Source: Cenarchaeum sp. | GTDB taxonomy: Archaea; Thermoproteota; Nitrososphaeria; Nitrososphaerales; Nitrosopumilaceae | Assembly: GCA_965212015.1 (NCBI GenBank) | Contig: OZ243037.1 | Coordinates: 1,088,001-1,152,000, forward strand | Direction: 5' to 3' | Length of the DNA: 64,000 nt | Shown here: positions 1-10,267 of the stretch, one piece after another | Numbering within the stretch: the first letter of the stretch is position 1 | Layout: each line of letters starts with the position of its first letter | The notes under the pieces: model-generated | Seen by the model: only the letters and a program-made list of their open reading frames with translations | Told to the model about the DNA's origin: nothing | The model's database searches: none | Made by a program: the position numbers and the translations under genes

Positions 1-1008
1 CATCAGGTCAGCTGCTGCAGTTGGGGCGACAAGACCCAGTCCTATCTCGTCCTCTGTTAGTGTCACGCCCGTAGCAATGGCTGCAAGCCCCAGTGTTGTG
101 GCAAGCGTAAATGGGATTGCAAACCACGCAAGCCCGCCAATGATGAATCCACCGGTGGCAGCCTTTGGCCTTGCGGCAATAGCCCGCTGCCAGTACGACT
201 GGTCCACAAATACCGTGCCAAAGTTTCCGACAATGTTGATTATGCCAAATATCAGCGCGCCGACTGACGCAAGCGTCAGAAAGCTCATCTGCGCGTTTCC
301 GTCCACCGGGTTTAGCACCGATGCTGCGCTGAGCTTGTCATACATTCCGGATATTCCCCCAATCTCCGGGCTGACAAAGTAAATACCTGCCACAAAGACC
401 AGCACCACGACAAAGATGAATCCCGCATTGAGGTATTCGGCAAAGAATGTCGCCTTTAGCCCCCCGAATATCGTGTACAGTATAATCCCCATGGGCAGCA
501 AAAACGCGGCAAGCGTAATGTCGACGCCGGTAAGCGAGTTTACCACCGCGGCGCCGCCGAGGACAAGCATTGCGGTGACTATAGTGTTGGTCAGTAACGC
601 AAAGAACAGAAACACCTTGTGGGAGTGCCTGCCGTACCTGACGTACAGCATTTCCGGAAACGTGTGCGTCATTGGGGCCTTGCGCTTTAGCTCTATTGCG
701 AGTATCGAAAATAGAATCACCTGGATGCTTGCACCTGCCGCATACCAGAACGCGCCGCCTATTCCGAACTCGAATGTCACAGTGGATGACTGCAGTAGGG
801 TGGCCGCCCACGTCCACGCAGAGACAATCGATGAGGCAATCAGTCCTGTTTTTATCGTGCGGCCGGCAGTATAGAACCACTCGGAGGTCTTTCTGGTGCC
901 CAGCCACTTTGTCTCTGCCTTTACCATGAGGGTCACGGCAAGGGCCATTACCAGGCCCACCCCGATTAGCACCAGATACCCGATATTCTCAGACAGAATC
1001 GCAGCCAC
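1..1008 (-). CDS. dur3: Sodium:solute symporter, DUR3-type urea transporter (5' part; runs off the window start)
   Basis: Manual translation from GTG at 1008 gives VAAILSENIGYLVLIGVGLVMALAVTLMVKAETKWLGTRKTSEWFYTAGRTIKTGLIASSIVSAWTWAATLLQSS. SAWTWAATLLQS is the DUR3/SSS signature. Absent from the ORF track because the stop lies outside the window. Confidence 0.9.
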   Translation of the reverse strand, partial: MAAILSENIGYLVLIGVGLVMALAVTLMVKAETKWLGTRKTSEWFYTAGRTIKTGLIASSIVSAWTWAATLLQSSTVTFEFGIGGAFWYAAGASIQVILFSILAIELKRKAPMTHTFPEMLYVRYGRHSHKVFLFFALLTNTIVTAMLVLGGAAVVNSLTGVDITLAAFLLPMGIILYTIFGGLKATFFAEYLNAGFIFVVVLVFVAGIYFVSPEIGGISGMYDKLSAASVLNPVDGNAQMSFLTLASVGALIFGIINIVGNFGTVFVDQSYWQRAIAARPKAATGGFIIGGLAWFAIPFTLATTLGLAAIATGVTLTEDEIGLGLVAPTAAADLM

Positions 1009-1129
1009 GGTATGATCAAAAATCACAACTGTGTTAAAAAAGTGATCCAGCAATACGGGTAATTTCAGGCATGCGGGGGCCGGCTTTGGCGGTAATTTGT
1101 TAAATAGAAGAAAAGGCCAAACCACGTAA

Positions 1130-1669
1130 ATGGCAGACAGGATAGACGGGCTGATTATCTCTGCGCTAAGCCAGAATGCCAAGCAGAACACCTTTGAGCT
1201 GTGGGACTTTTTAAAGGCCCAAGGGTACAACATGTCAGAAGAAGAGATAGAGTCCAGGATACGGACGCTGGAGGATAGTGGGATAATCAAAAACTATACG
1301 ATTTCAGTCGATTCCAGAAAGCTTCCGGGAAGGGTGATCAGGGTGGATTTGGTGACGTTTCGGACCTCGCAGGCGCTTCCAAAGAGGATTGAGGGGCTGA
1401 AAAAATACCTGAATGACGCGCCGTTTGTGGTGTTTTCAGGCAAGACTAGGGGGAACCGCGACTGGATTACGGTAAAGTCGTTTTTGACTGCGGATATGGC
1501 AGACGAGGAGAATGACATTTACAGGAATTTGTTTGGTGATATTTTGCAGACCTACGAGGTGTACGACTTTGTCCCGCAGGCAGATGCATCACTTCACGCC
1601 CTGGCATATACTGAATCGGAATACAAGAAATTTCTCAAGGAATGGGTGCCGCCGTTTATAGGCCACTAG
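1130..1669 (+). CDS. Lrp/AsnC family transcriptional regulator
   Basis: N-terminal MADRIDGLIISALSQNAK...RIRTLEDSGIIKNYTI is an AsnC-type HTH; divergent from the transporter. Confidence 0.85.
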   Translation: MADRIDGLIISALSQNAKQNTFELWDFLKAQGYNMSEEEIESRIRTLEDSGIIKNYTISVDSRKLPGRVIRVDLVTFRTSQALPKRIEGLKKYLNDAPFVVFSGKTRGNRDWITVKSFLTADMADEENDIYRNLFGDILQTYEVYDFVPQADASLHALAYTESEYKKFLKEWVPPFIGH

Positions 1670-1674
1670 CGTAC

Positions 1675-2520
1675 TTAGCTCTTTGAATAGTTTTTCTTGT
1701 GCTTTAGGGTATTGTCTATCATGGAGTGGGTCTTGCGCCTTAGATCCATCAAAAACTTTATGAGCTCAATTCTCTCCTTCGGGCTTGCCTTGTGGGCGTC
1801 CTCGATTAGATCGTCAATCCGGGACAGGGTGATTTTTAGGGCGATGCTGGTCTTTCTTATTATGTGATCCGCCTTTGACTTTGCCTCCGGGCGGCCGGGG
1901 GATTTTGTCTTTAGCTGGTTTTTCATTTTTCTTATCTGCCGTATGGTGAGCTTGTTGTCTATGATCCTGTCTACGAACTCTTCTTTGATTGTAGAGTCTA
2001 TGTTTGTAAGCTCTAGTGCCTGACTTATGCTGAGATCATTGTTGGTCACCTTTTCCTTTACGCCTACTGGCAGCTTTAGCAGCTGCATCCTGTGCGAGAT
2101 GTACTCCTCGCTTCTTCCTATTTTGCTGCCCAGATCGCTTATTCCGCCCCACCCAAAGTCCACCACGTACTTTTGGTACGCTTCTGCCTCCTCTATTGGG
2201 TCCATCGTCTTTCGCTGCAGGTTTTCGGTCAGCTGTATCTCAAAGGCGTGCTTGTCTGAGAACTCGCGTATCTTGCAGGGGATGAACCTCCATCTCAGGG
2301 ACTTGCATGCCATGAATCTCCTGTGGCCTGCCACAATTTCAAAGCCGTGCTCTAGCGGCCTTACCACTATGGGCTGGAGCAGGCCGTGCTCCTTTATGCT
2401 CAACTTTAGGTTGATGAGTTCCGGCGAGTTTTTCGGATCGGGATACCTGACAGGCGAGCCTGACGGCCTGATCATCCGCAGCTCTATCGGCTCTGTAAGG
2501 GAGTTGTCATAGACATCCAT
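1675..2520 (-). CDS. ParB/RepB/Spo0J family protein
   Basis: SIKEHGLLQPIVVR, IVAGHRRFMA and ENLQR motifs followed by an HTH. ATG at 2520 preferred over TTG at 2529. Confidence 0.9.
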   Translation of the reverse strand: MDVYDNSLTEPIELRMIRPSGSPVRYPDPKNSPELINLKLSIKEHGLLQPIVVRPLEHGFEIVAGHRRFMACKSLRWRFIPCKIREFSDKHAFEIQLTENLQRKTMDPIEEAEAYQKYVVDFGWGGISDLGSKIGRSEEYISHRMQLLKLPVGVKEKVTNNDLSISQALELTNIDSTIKEEFVDRIIDNKLTIRQIRKMKNQLKTKSPGRPEAKSKADHIIRKTSIALKITLSRIDDLIEDAHKASPKERIELIKFLMDLRRKTHSMIDNTLKHKKNYSKS

Positions 2521-3383
2521 ATTACCCAATAAACAACGGTGGGATGGTATTTATCAATTATGTAGGGATTCAGTTTCTGCATGCCGGACTTGCGCCTCAA
2601 ATGATACGCTTTTTGACATACGAGTGGTGAGAGGACTGCCTGCTCAAATGACTCCTGTACGGCGTCAGGTATGCGTCTCTGCACTGATTGATCGCCTTTA
2701 TTGTATCAAGGCCGGAATATGCCACCGGCATATGCGTCATATCCGATGCTATGGCGTGACCTCGTGCCGTATGGCAATCTTGCCTGGGCATCTCTTGCTG
2801 ATCCCATTCAGGCCCTGCCTGTGCCTATTCAAAGAATCATGCCGTATGCCAGACGTGCCGAACATCTGCCGGCAGATTACGCAAAACGAATTTATTAACA
2901 ATAAAAAAACAAAAAAATCACTATGCCAAAACCATGGAAGTCAATTCCAAGCTCTGCGTTGCGTTCACTAGGGGCAAGGGCCAGGTACAACCGCAACCCT
3001 GACATGCACGAGGCTGCAAAGGAATTTAGCGAGATATTAGGGAAGCGATTCTCCAAAAAAATACACACCACAGAGGATTCCATCCGATATATTTTTTTTC
3101 ACAGCATGATGAGCAAAATGAAATACGGGCCAAACGACATCATGCTGGAATATCCCCATCCTGCCATACGCAGGGCCAGAATAGACACTTTTATCCATCA
3201 AAATTCTACATATCCTGCAACCGCACTGGAATTCAAATTCCACAGGGCATATCATGGCAAGACCATGGCTCCGATACCACAGCATGCCGAATCGCTTTTC
3301 AAGGACATATTTAGGCTGGTTCGTCTGCAAAAAATCATGCCGGGAACTGATTGTTATCTGGTCTATGTGACGGATCATATAAT

Positions 3384-4760
3384 AGAGGTGATGCATAATT
3401 GACTAAATTTAAGACTATATTCAACCAACAACTTTAGATCGCACGTGTATGCCGCACATATCTGATGACAGAATCCAAGGATCAGATCATATACAGGCAA
3501 CAGCAAGTGATCAAAAGTCTGGAGAAAAAACTCTACAAGGAAGACGATCTGTGGTATGCTGACGAGAATGCGGACAGGCGTAACAAGCCGAAAAAGTCAA
3601 AAATCATGCACAGGTGCGAGTTGCTTGACGAGTTTATCGCCAATCCGACCATGCTATATCACACTACAAAAAAGAATCCCAAACAGTTCAATTACATCCT
3701 GGAAAAATTCACGCGCAAGGTCAAGGCCGATCCGGACGCCCCCTTGTTTTCAGATGACAGATTCTATCCCGGAAACAGGTGCAAGCTGCACATTCGGCAC
3801 GTACTGCTGTTGATAATGATGAAAGAAAAGCTTGGCATATCCCAGTACGAGCTCATGCCGATATTCGGGGTGGATCAGAGCACGATATCGCGATATCTAG
3901 AATTTGCCAGAACAATATTGTTGGAGATTCTTCCGACTGCAGAAAAAATCGCCAAAAAGATACAGAATGCAAAAAGTATCGAGGAGATAAAACATCTGGT
4001 TCCGGGCAGCAACGGGGGCGAGCTGTACATAGACGGCACGCACACGCCCATAGAGCGGCCGTCAGATCCTGATGCCAGCAAGGATTACTATTCCGGCAAT
4101 AAAAAAAAGCACACGCTAAACACCACCATAGTGGCTAATCGCGACAAGCTGGTTATTACGACAGGAAAACCTGTGCCGGGATCGATGCAAGATCTCAAGA
4201 TGTTCCAATATAACAACATCAATCTCGGACCGTTGAGCAAGAGCATGAAAGACAAGAATGCGGCAAAAAAGGACAAAGTTACGGTATACGTGGACAAGGG
4301 ATACCAGGCCATCGAGGGAGATCTGCCCGGCGCCAACGTCCAAAAGCCCACCAAAAAACCAAAATGCGCCGAGCTAAACAGCACACAAAAAAATGAAAAC
4401 AGAAGAATCAGCAACATTAGAATAAAAGTAGAGCACGCCATAAGGCTTCTAAAGCTGTACAAAGTATTGATTCATCTGTATGTCGGCACTGATGCGGAAT
4501 TTTACAGGGATTTACAAGTGGTGACGGGTCTTGCAAACTTTGATCTGCTGTGGGATGAGCGACGGGAACGTCTCAAGTACGGATTTTGATCATACAATAC
4601 GGGGCGCCTGAAGCGCTGTATTTTTGCGCATGATTTTGTGAAATTGTGTGTTTTTTGTGTGTTACAGACCGTACTTTGTCATGTTTTGTAACTTAACGCG
4701 TGTTGATCATGTGCCAGTTCTGTAAAGACGTCATGAGTTGATCGATTACGCATCACATCT
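3384..4760 (+). mobile_element. Complete IS5-superfamily (DDE_Tnp_4/ISL2-like) insertion sequence, 1377 bp, copy 1
   Basis: Imperfect TIRs (AGAGGTGATGCATAATTGACTAA versus AGATGTGATGCGTAATCGATCAA as reverse complement); 3-bp TSD AAT at 3381-3383 and 4761-4763. Confidence 0.92.
3465..4589 (+). CDS. IS5-family DDE transposase
   Basis: HTH FGVDQSTISR; YIDGT, VDKGY and RIKVEHAIRLLK DDE motifs; same protein as 46983-48107. Confidence 0.93.
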   Translation: MTESKDQIIYRQQQVIKSLEKKLYKEDDLWYADENADRRNKPKKSKIMHRCELLDEFIANPTMLYHTTKKNPKQFNYILEKFTRKVKADPDAPLFSDDRFYPGNRCKLHIRHVLLLIMMKEKLGISQYELMPIFGVDQSTISRYLEFARTILLEILPTAEKIAKKIQNAKSIEEIKHLVPGSNGGELYIDGTHTPIERPSDPDASKDYYSGNKKKHTLNTTIVANRDKLVITTGKPVPGSMQDLKMFQYNNINLGPLSKSMKDKNAAKKDKVTVYVDKGYQAIEGDLPGANVQKPTKKPKCAELNSTQKNENRRISNIRIKVEHAIRLLKLYKVLIHLYVGTDAEFYRDLQVVTGLANFDLLWDERRERLKYGF

Positions 4761-5089
4761 AATGATGAAGTATTATCATAGTTTAAGCGACAGTACGGAA
4801 AAATTTTTCGATAACAAAAAAACCATGACGAACCATAAATTTGTCAAATCAGGCGATGTAATCGAATCAGACGATGTAATCGAATGCAACACTAAATTGA
4901 TCCTAAAGCAGGATGGAAAATACCATGTTGTTCGAGTTTATCGTATATTGCCATGAACTATCCGATGTTTGATCCGGGATTATCGGGTGTTTTGGTCTCG
5001 GGAATGATTTGAGCATCATTTAGCAGATATCTATAATTCGTGCATTATCTTGTTCTTGTAGCCAGACATCAAGCAAATGCGGTGATCAT

Positions 5090-5326
5090 GCCTGATCTAA
5101 ACCTACTGATTGAAAATGTTTGTGGGTATTGTCAATACGCATAGAGCCCAATGGAAGAATGGTGGAGACGGGCAAAATACGACCTGATGGTGTCCGAATA
5201 TTACAAGACATTTGATGAGATGAAATATTCACTGTGCGAGTATTTCAGGACAAAGTATTCGTTAGATGTGATGAAATATTTCATGAGTGTTATGACGGTT
5301 TCAAATTATTTATGTGTTTGACTATA
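5090..5326 (+). mobile_element. IS630-family right-end remnant
   Basis: Degenerate PDLN..IE..W-like coding remnant ending in TGTTTGACTATA; near-identical to 25930-26068. Confidence 0.55.
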
Positions 5327-5602
5327 GACGGCCGCATACAATCTCATAGCTTTTGAGTCTACCGAGAAACATATGAGGTGACAATGTTTGCCTGAGAATC
5401 ATTCAAATCAAATTACGCTGCTTCCAAAAGCTATAATCGTTATAATTGGATGGGATAACACATTTCCACATTTTAAAGGCTTACGTTAGTTACAGGAGGC
5501 ACAAGCATGGTATGGAGTAGGCAGGTTTTTCTATGTTTGATGTGAAAATCATCTTGTAATGAATTATATTTCAAGATTTAACTATCTCATCTATCATGAT
5601 CT

Positions 5603-6256
5603 TTACCATATTTTTTTAATTCTCTTGGATCTATCACATTTGTCCACCCTAATAACATATTTCTTAATATCAACAACACCATAATCGATTGCCAGCTCTA
5701 CTATTGCATTTTCCCTTCTTTTTTTCTTATATTCCTGAAATGGATAATCATCTATGGATTGAAAAGTTTGTCTACCTCGTATCCCTCTCTTGTAGTAGGT
5801 AGCGCCTGAATTAATTTTAGACAATGTGACTTTATCTTTGTATTTTTTAACTAGTTTTTCAGTATCTACAGTAAGTACATCATGAGCTTTATCTCTATAT
5901 GCCCGTGCGTTCAATAAAGTTTCCAATTTTTTTTTTCTGACCCAAAAAAACACCTTACCATTAAGCAATCGATAGAATTGTCGTGGAGTTATGTTAACTA
6001 GAAGATCAAGTAATTTTTTTTCAGATAGTGGTTTTTGATCTCGTATTACTGCTTTACCATATCTTTTATTGTAAATATCCACGCTTGACGGCCTAATACA
6101 TGACTCTATTGTAAATCGTTTTTTTCCGTGAATATTGTATAGATCTAACAGTGCAGTAGTGCTTAAAAGACCATGTTTCTGTATACTTGGCCAACTTTTT
6201 AATTCTGCCATATGATACAAATATGGATAATTTTCGACCAGTTCATTAATCTTCAA
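5603..6256 (-). CDS. DarT-like ADP-ribosyltransferase-fold protein (DUF7002-like)
   Basis: LYHMA...WPSIQKHGLLS, VFFW, INSG and a late VELA glutamate parallel the DarT motif order (LYH..SI..GLLS / YF / NAA / AEFLV). Confidence 0.6.
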   Translation of the reverse strand: MKINELVENYPYLYHMAELKSWPSIQKHGLLSTTALLDLYNIHGKKRFTIESCIRPSSVDIYNKRYGKAVIRDQKPLSEKKLLDLLVNITPRQFYRLLNGKVFFWVRKKKLETLLNARAYRDKAHDVLTVDTEKLVKKYKDKVTLSKINSGATYYKRGIRGRQTFQSIDDYPFQEYKKKRRENAIVELAIDYGVVDIKKYVIRVDKCDRSKRIKKIW

Positions 6257-6262
6257 TATGTC

Positions 6263-7843
6263 CTACCATTTCCTTCTGTCTATTATGCTTCTTGAATTAA
6301 AACCTGTTGAGATTAGAGAAACATCTGATTTTGTAACCTGTTCTATCTCTTCTATCATATTGATGGCTTCTTGTGTTAGTTGTTCAAAACGATGTGCTGA
6401 TCTGTTAGTAATTGATATATAATCTACAAAAGTTAAAGCAATATCAGTCACTCTGTTGAGTAATGCTGATTTTTTAATCAGATCCCAATCAAATTCTCCG
6501 ATTCTTCTGGGTTTATTAGTTGTGGAAGTCATCTCTGTTTTTTTAATTTCATTTTCACTTATTCCTGATCGATCGCTTATATCTTTAAATTTTAACTCTT
6601 TGGACATTCGTCCGGACGTACTTCCAAGTGGATCTTGAACACGAATTGGATAAGTTCTGACCACCATAATTATTTTTCTTACCAAAAGCGGTGAAATTCC
6701 CGCATCTGCCAAACATCCTGAAACTGTAGTCTCTCTTGATGTCACATGTGGATATTCACCATGATGAATACTCAATCCAGTTCCTTGAGTACCTTCCAAC
6801 AAAATTTTCCCATTATTTGCAATCGTCTCTTCCAATACTTCAATTGCTGGCTTGATGTATGGTTTTAATTCTTTGATCATTTTTGCTAATTTTACATTCG
6901 TATCACGCAATATTTTACGGGAAGTTGCACTACCAACCCCACTTCCTGTTGAACCTATTCTATCTACAAGTTTTTTTTCTTTTTCTACATCATTTGATTC
7001 TATAATCATTGCTTGTGGATCAATTTTTAATCTTTCATAACTCACACCATTATCTGCAATTTCCTTTTGTAAATTTTTAACATTTATTACCATTCCAGGG
7101 CCAAGCAAAAGCTTGGCGTTACTTTTCGTAGTGCCTGATGGCAAATGGTGATGTGTAATCGGTGGATCTCCGAATACTTTATGCCCTGCATTTGGCCCGC
7201 CAACCCTTACTATAAGATCATATTCTTTGGAAATATGTGCTGCGATTTGGCCTTTGCCTTCACTTCCGTACTGTCCACCAACTAATACATCTACACATTT
7301 TGGCGTATTGGTGTTATATAAGGACAGATGGCTGATGGCACGAATTAATATATCTGTTTTCGTACATCTGTTGGTATCAATTACGATATCTGCAATATCT
7401 GCCAATGATTCTATGTCTTTTTCAGTTTTGTTTTGCCTTACTTTATCATATGAAGGCATGTTTTTTACTGTCTTGTATTTTTTAGAATATCTTCGTTCAA
7501 GCTCGTTCGTTGGAGCAGTAAGATGAAGATGAATTATCGGACCAAATGATTGCCTGATCCCATAAATTTGTTTTTTAATTCTAACTGAATCTACTACAAA
7601 GATTGTTTTTTTATCATTTTTATTAATTGCATCTTGTAATTCATCTCTAACCCATGTCCCATTTGTATTCCTATCTAATTTGTCGCCCTTTTTTTGTAAA
7701 GATAATCTATCCGAGGAGGCCAAATTCTTTGCTTCTAATATGTTACGAGTTTTTACTATGTGTGTATTGAATTTTTCGGAAATGTTTTCTGCGAGTCCAG
7801 TTTTTCCAGAGCATATAGATCCGGATATAACGACAATCTTCAC
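6263..7843 (-). CDS. P-loop nucleotide kinase fused to an adenylosuccinate-synthetase-like (PurZ/PurZ0-like) domain
   Basis: N-terminal GSICSGKT (Walker A) and VVDSVR; then GGQYGSEGKG, RVGGPNAGH, IGSTGSGVG, LEGTQG, YPHVTSR, TTNKPRRIG and TFVDY motifs. Confidence 0.88.
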   Translation of the reverse strand: MKIVVISGSICSGKTGLAENISEKFNTHIVKTRNILEAKNLASSDRLSLQKKGDKLDRNTNGTWVRDELQDAINKNDKKTIFVVDSVRIKKQIYGIRQSFGPIIHLHLTAPTNELERRYSKKYKTVKNMPSYDKVRQNKTEKDIESLADIADIVIDTNRCTKTDILIRAISHLSLYNTNTPKCVDVLVGGQYGSEGKGQIAAHISKEYDLIVRVGGPNAGHKVFGDPPITHHHLPSGTTKSNAKLLLGPGMVINVKNLQKEIADNGVSYERLKIDPQAMIIESNDVEKEKKLVDRIGSTGSGVGSATSRKILRDTNVKLAKMIKELKPYIKPAIEVLEETIANNGKILLEGTQGTGLSIHHGEYPHVTSRETTVSGCLADAGISPLLVRKIIMVVRTYPIRVQDPLGSTSGRMSKELKFKDISDRSGISENEIKKTEMTSTTNKPRRIGEFDWDLIKKSALLNRVTDIALTFVDYISITNRSAHRFEQLTQEAINMIEEIEQVTKSDVSLISTGFNSRSIIDRRKW

Positions 7844-7855
7844 AACAAGACCATC

Positions 7856-9220
7856 TCACAATCCATCCTGCACATAGTCCAAGATATTCTGATCCGTTCT
7901 TGATTTTTCCTTGTTGGGTAGATCATACACTGTTACTTTAACGCCCTCCCTTATCAAATATTCGTCAATCAAACTGCTAATAATTTTCCAATCGCCGCCT
8001 GCAAAGCCAGTGCCAATACGAGGCATATGGACTGTCGCATCATTTTTCTTGGCTTCCAATGCGACTAGCTCAAGACATGAGGCCAAATGTTGATACCGAA
8101 TCTTTGGACGAGTAGATTCAGCGTATCCACGCTGTGCAATCATGCTGCAAATTAACAATTGATCAGAGATTTTAAACAAATGTAATTTTCCAAGCCTTAG
8201 ATTATTCCGTTTCTCGGCCCATCTCACAAACTCTTTGCGTAATGCTGGCCATTTCTTAGAAATCATTAATCCAAATCCTTTTCCCCATCTTTTGCTTTTA
8301 TCATTCACAATATGTACAATGATTTTATCTGCTGATCCATGTGGATCAGTAGCATCACCACTAAGATATATTATTCCTTGAGGCTCATATTTTGATGGTT
8401 GTTTTAATTTAATGATACAAAGCACCCTTGGATATATGCTGTTATGAGAAGGGAATACCCCTATGCATTCGACATCTAATTTGGGATATTTCTGAAAGAG
8501 TTTTTCCTTACGTTTTGACGTGTATCCAATGGCGCTACATTCGGATAAAACACTTTTTGAAGATATCTTTAAACCAGCATAAAATGACAATGTTGAACTG
8601 GATGAACTGACTACATATTCTATTCTGTACAAGGAATTTTCTTCGTCATTTATTTTGGCAGCTGAAAACATAGCAACAGGCATACTAGTTTGATTTATTA
8701 GCTGTAATAAAACTGCCTCGGCGGAAACATCATATTTATTTCTGATTCTAATGACATTTTCCATTGTAACTGGAATTTCTTTTGGATTGACAAGTGATCC
8801 TACAGGCATAAGAATCTCGGCAGCTGATCTATTGCACAATAATTCAATCTGCCAGTCGTCTATACGTTTATGTTTGCCTGATCTGTTATGTATTGATTTT
8901 TCATAGTCAGGAAACAACGTGTGTGCTATTTCATGAGCCAATGAAAATCTAATCCGTCTTCTTGATCTATGTGGATTGTATTCGATTCTTGGATTAATTC
9001 CATCTGGGATTATTCGAGCATCTGGAATATCTTCGTTTGAGGTCACTTGAATTGCCAAATATTTTGCCAACCACATTGGATCGTATGGGGGGCCTCCCCA
9101 ACCGTCATCCATGGCTTTGAGAAGCATCTGCTTCGTTTTTTCAACAATAATTTTGATCGGATCATCTTTTCCTGCTAGCTTCTTTACTGATGGATTTGTC
9201 CATTCGATTTTTTCACGCAT
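7856..9220 (-). CDS. ImmA/IrrE-family metallopeptidase fused to a C-terminal macrodomain
   Basis: RIRFSLAHEIAH (HExxH) and ELLCNRSAAEILMP; C-terminal GDATD, IVHIVN...WGKGF and VHMPRIGTGFAGGDW (Poa1p/DarG-type macrodomain). Confidence 0.88.
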   Translation of the reverse strand: MREKIEWTNPSVKKLAGKDDPIKIIVEKTKQMLLKAMDDGWGGPPYDPMWLAKYLAIQVTSNEDIPDARIIPDGINPRIEYNPHRSRRRIRFSLAHEIAHTLFPDYEKSIHNRSGKHKRIDDWQIELLCNRSAAEILMPVGSLVNPKEIPVTMENVIRIRNKYDVSAEAVLLQLINQTSMPVAMFSAAKINDEENSLYRIEYVVSSSSSTLSFYAGLKISSKSVLSECSAIGYTSKRKEKLFQKYPKLDVECIGVFPSHNSIYPRVLCIIKLKQPSKYEPQGIIYLSGDATDPHGSADKIIVHIVNDKSKRWGKGFGLMISKKWPALRKEFVRWAEKRNNLRLGKLHLFKISDQLLICSMIAQRGYAESTRPKIRYQHLASCLELVALEAKKNDATVHMPRIGTGFAGGDWKIISSLIDEYLIREGVKVTVYDLPNKEKSRTDQNILDYVQDGL

Positions 9221-9490
9221 ATATGATCTCTAGGCATTTTTTATTATGATCAAAAGTTATAAGTTTATCTATAGCCGGGTGCTGTGAAGTTGGTGGGTGC
9301 TTTATATACTGATTTTCTCCCAATTCCCCCGCACTTGGCAACGCCTCAAAAATTACAAGGACACAGAGTCGGGATTATCGTAACAGGTTCTGGTCATTGA
9401 GAGAGTGTGCGCGGGGATGATCTCGGACCATTTTCAACACGAAAATCCAATCTAAAAGCCTCATAAGGGGGAGCCATCCAACTAGCTAAA

Positions 9491-10267
9491 ATGAACCGGG
9501 ACGAACTGATGGAAAAGGCAGAAGAGTACGCCATGCACGAGCATTTTGAGCGGGAAGTAGCCTGCTATGACCAGATACTGCAGGCAGATCCGAACGATGT
9601 AGAGGCCCTGGCAAATAAGGGCATGGCGTACTGGAACGCTGAAAGATATGACGAGGCAATAAAATTCTATGAAAAAGTGGTAGAGCTTGAACCTAACAAT
9701 TCCGATTACTGGGAATACATGGGCAGGGTAACGTCCTGCAGCGACTCTATCGAAAAGGCAAAAAAATACGAGAGGGTCCTAGAGTGCTATGAAAAATCAT
9801 TAAAAATAGACCCGGAAAATACCGCCACTTTGCAGTCAAAGCATGATGCCATGAGAATTCTGGACAGAAATGAGGATGCACTTGAATGTATCAGCCGGGC
9901 CATAGAGCTGGATCCGGATAATGCGGAATACTGGACTGAGAAGATTGAACTGTTGGGCGAGATGGAACGCGACGATGAGGGATTATTATGCACCGGAAAA
10001 GCCCTCCAGATAGAGGAACATCAGGAAAAGCCATGCTACGGCCGCATGCTGTTTTACCGCCGCAGATACGACGAGTCGATTGCCAGCCTCAAAAAGGAAA
10101 TTGTGCAGAAACCGTATGATGACTATCTACATGCGTTTTTGGGGATGGTGTACAGTCATACGGGAAAAAAGGAGGACGCCCTGGCGTGCTTTGAAAGATC
10201 GCTCAAACTTAACCCGGATTCACTTGCGGTGGAATTTAAAAACAAGTTTTATCCGGGTACGGTTTAA
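9491..10267 (+). CDS. Tetratricopeptide repeat protein
   Basis: Repeated A..CYD..L..DP.N..A / Y.EA...Y.K..ELEP TPR consensus. Confidence 0.9.
   Translation: MNRDELMEKAEEYAMHEHFEREVACYDQILQADPNDVEALANKGMAYWNAERYDEAIKFYEKVVELEPNNSDYWEYMGRVTSCSDSIEKAKKYERVLECYEKSLKIDPENTATLQSKHDAMRILDRNEDALECISRAIELDPDNAEYWTEKIELLGEMERDDEGLLCTGKALQIEEHQEKPCYGRMLFYRRRYDESIASLKKEIVQKPYDDYLHAFLGMVYSHTGKKEDALACFERSLKLNPDSLAVEFKNKFYPGTV

Larger units (their letters stand above)
2923..4956 (+). pseudogene. Putative PD-(D/E)xK nuclease-like gene split by an IS5-family insertion
   Basis: Removing the IS (3384-4760) and one AAT copy joins ...VTDHI to MMKYYHSLSD...RILP in frame (217 aa). RIDTFI...ALEFKFH resembles a PD-(D/E)xK core. 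Confidence 0.75.

Noticed and set aside
77-929. ORFs 77-382, 338-907, 416-874 and 672-929
   Set aside because: They overlap the urea transporter gene in other frames or on the opposite strand.
1675-2520. Plasmid or provirus partition module
   Set aside because: No ParA or Rep gene is adjacent, and composition matches the neighbouring core-like genes.
6263-7843. Housekeeping purA
   Set aside because: The catalytic Asp is replaced by Ser, it is fused to a kinase, and it sits in an AT-rich operon with defence-type genes.
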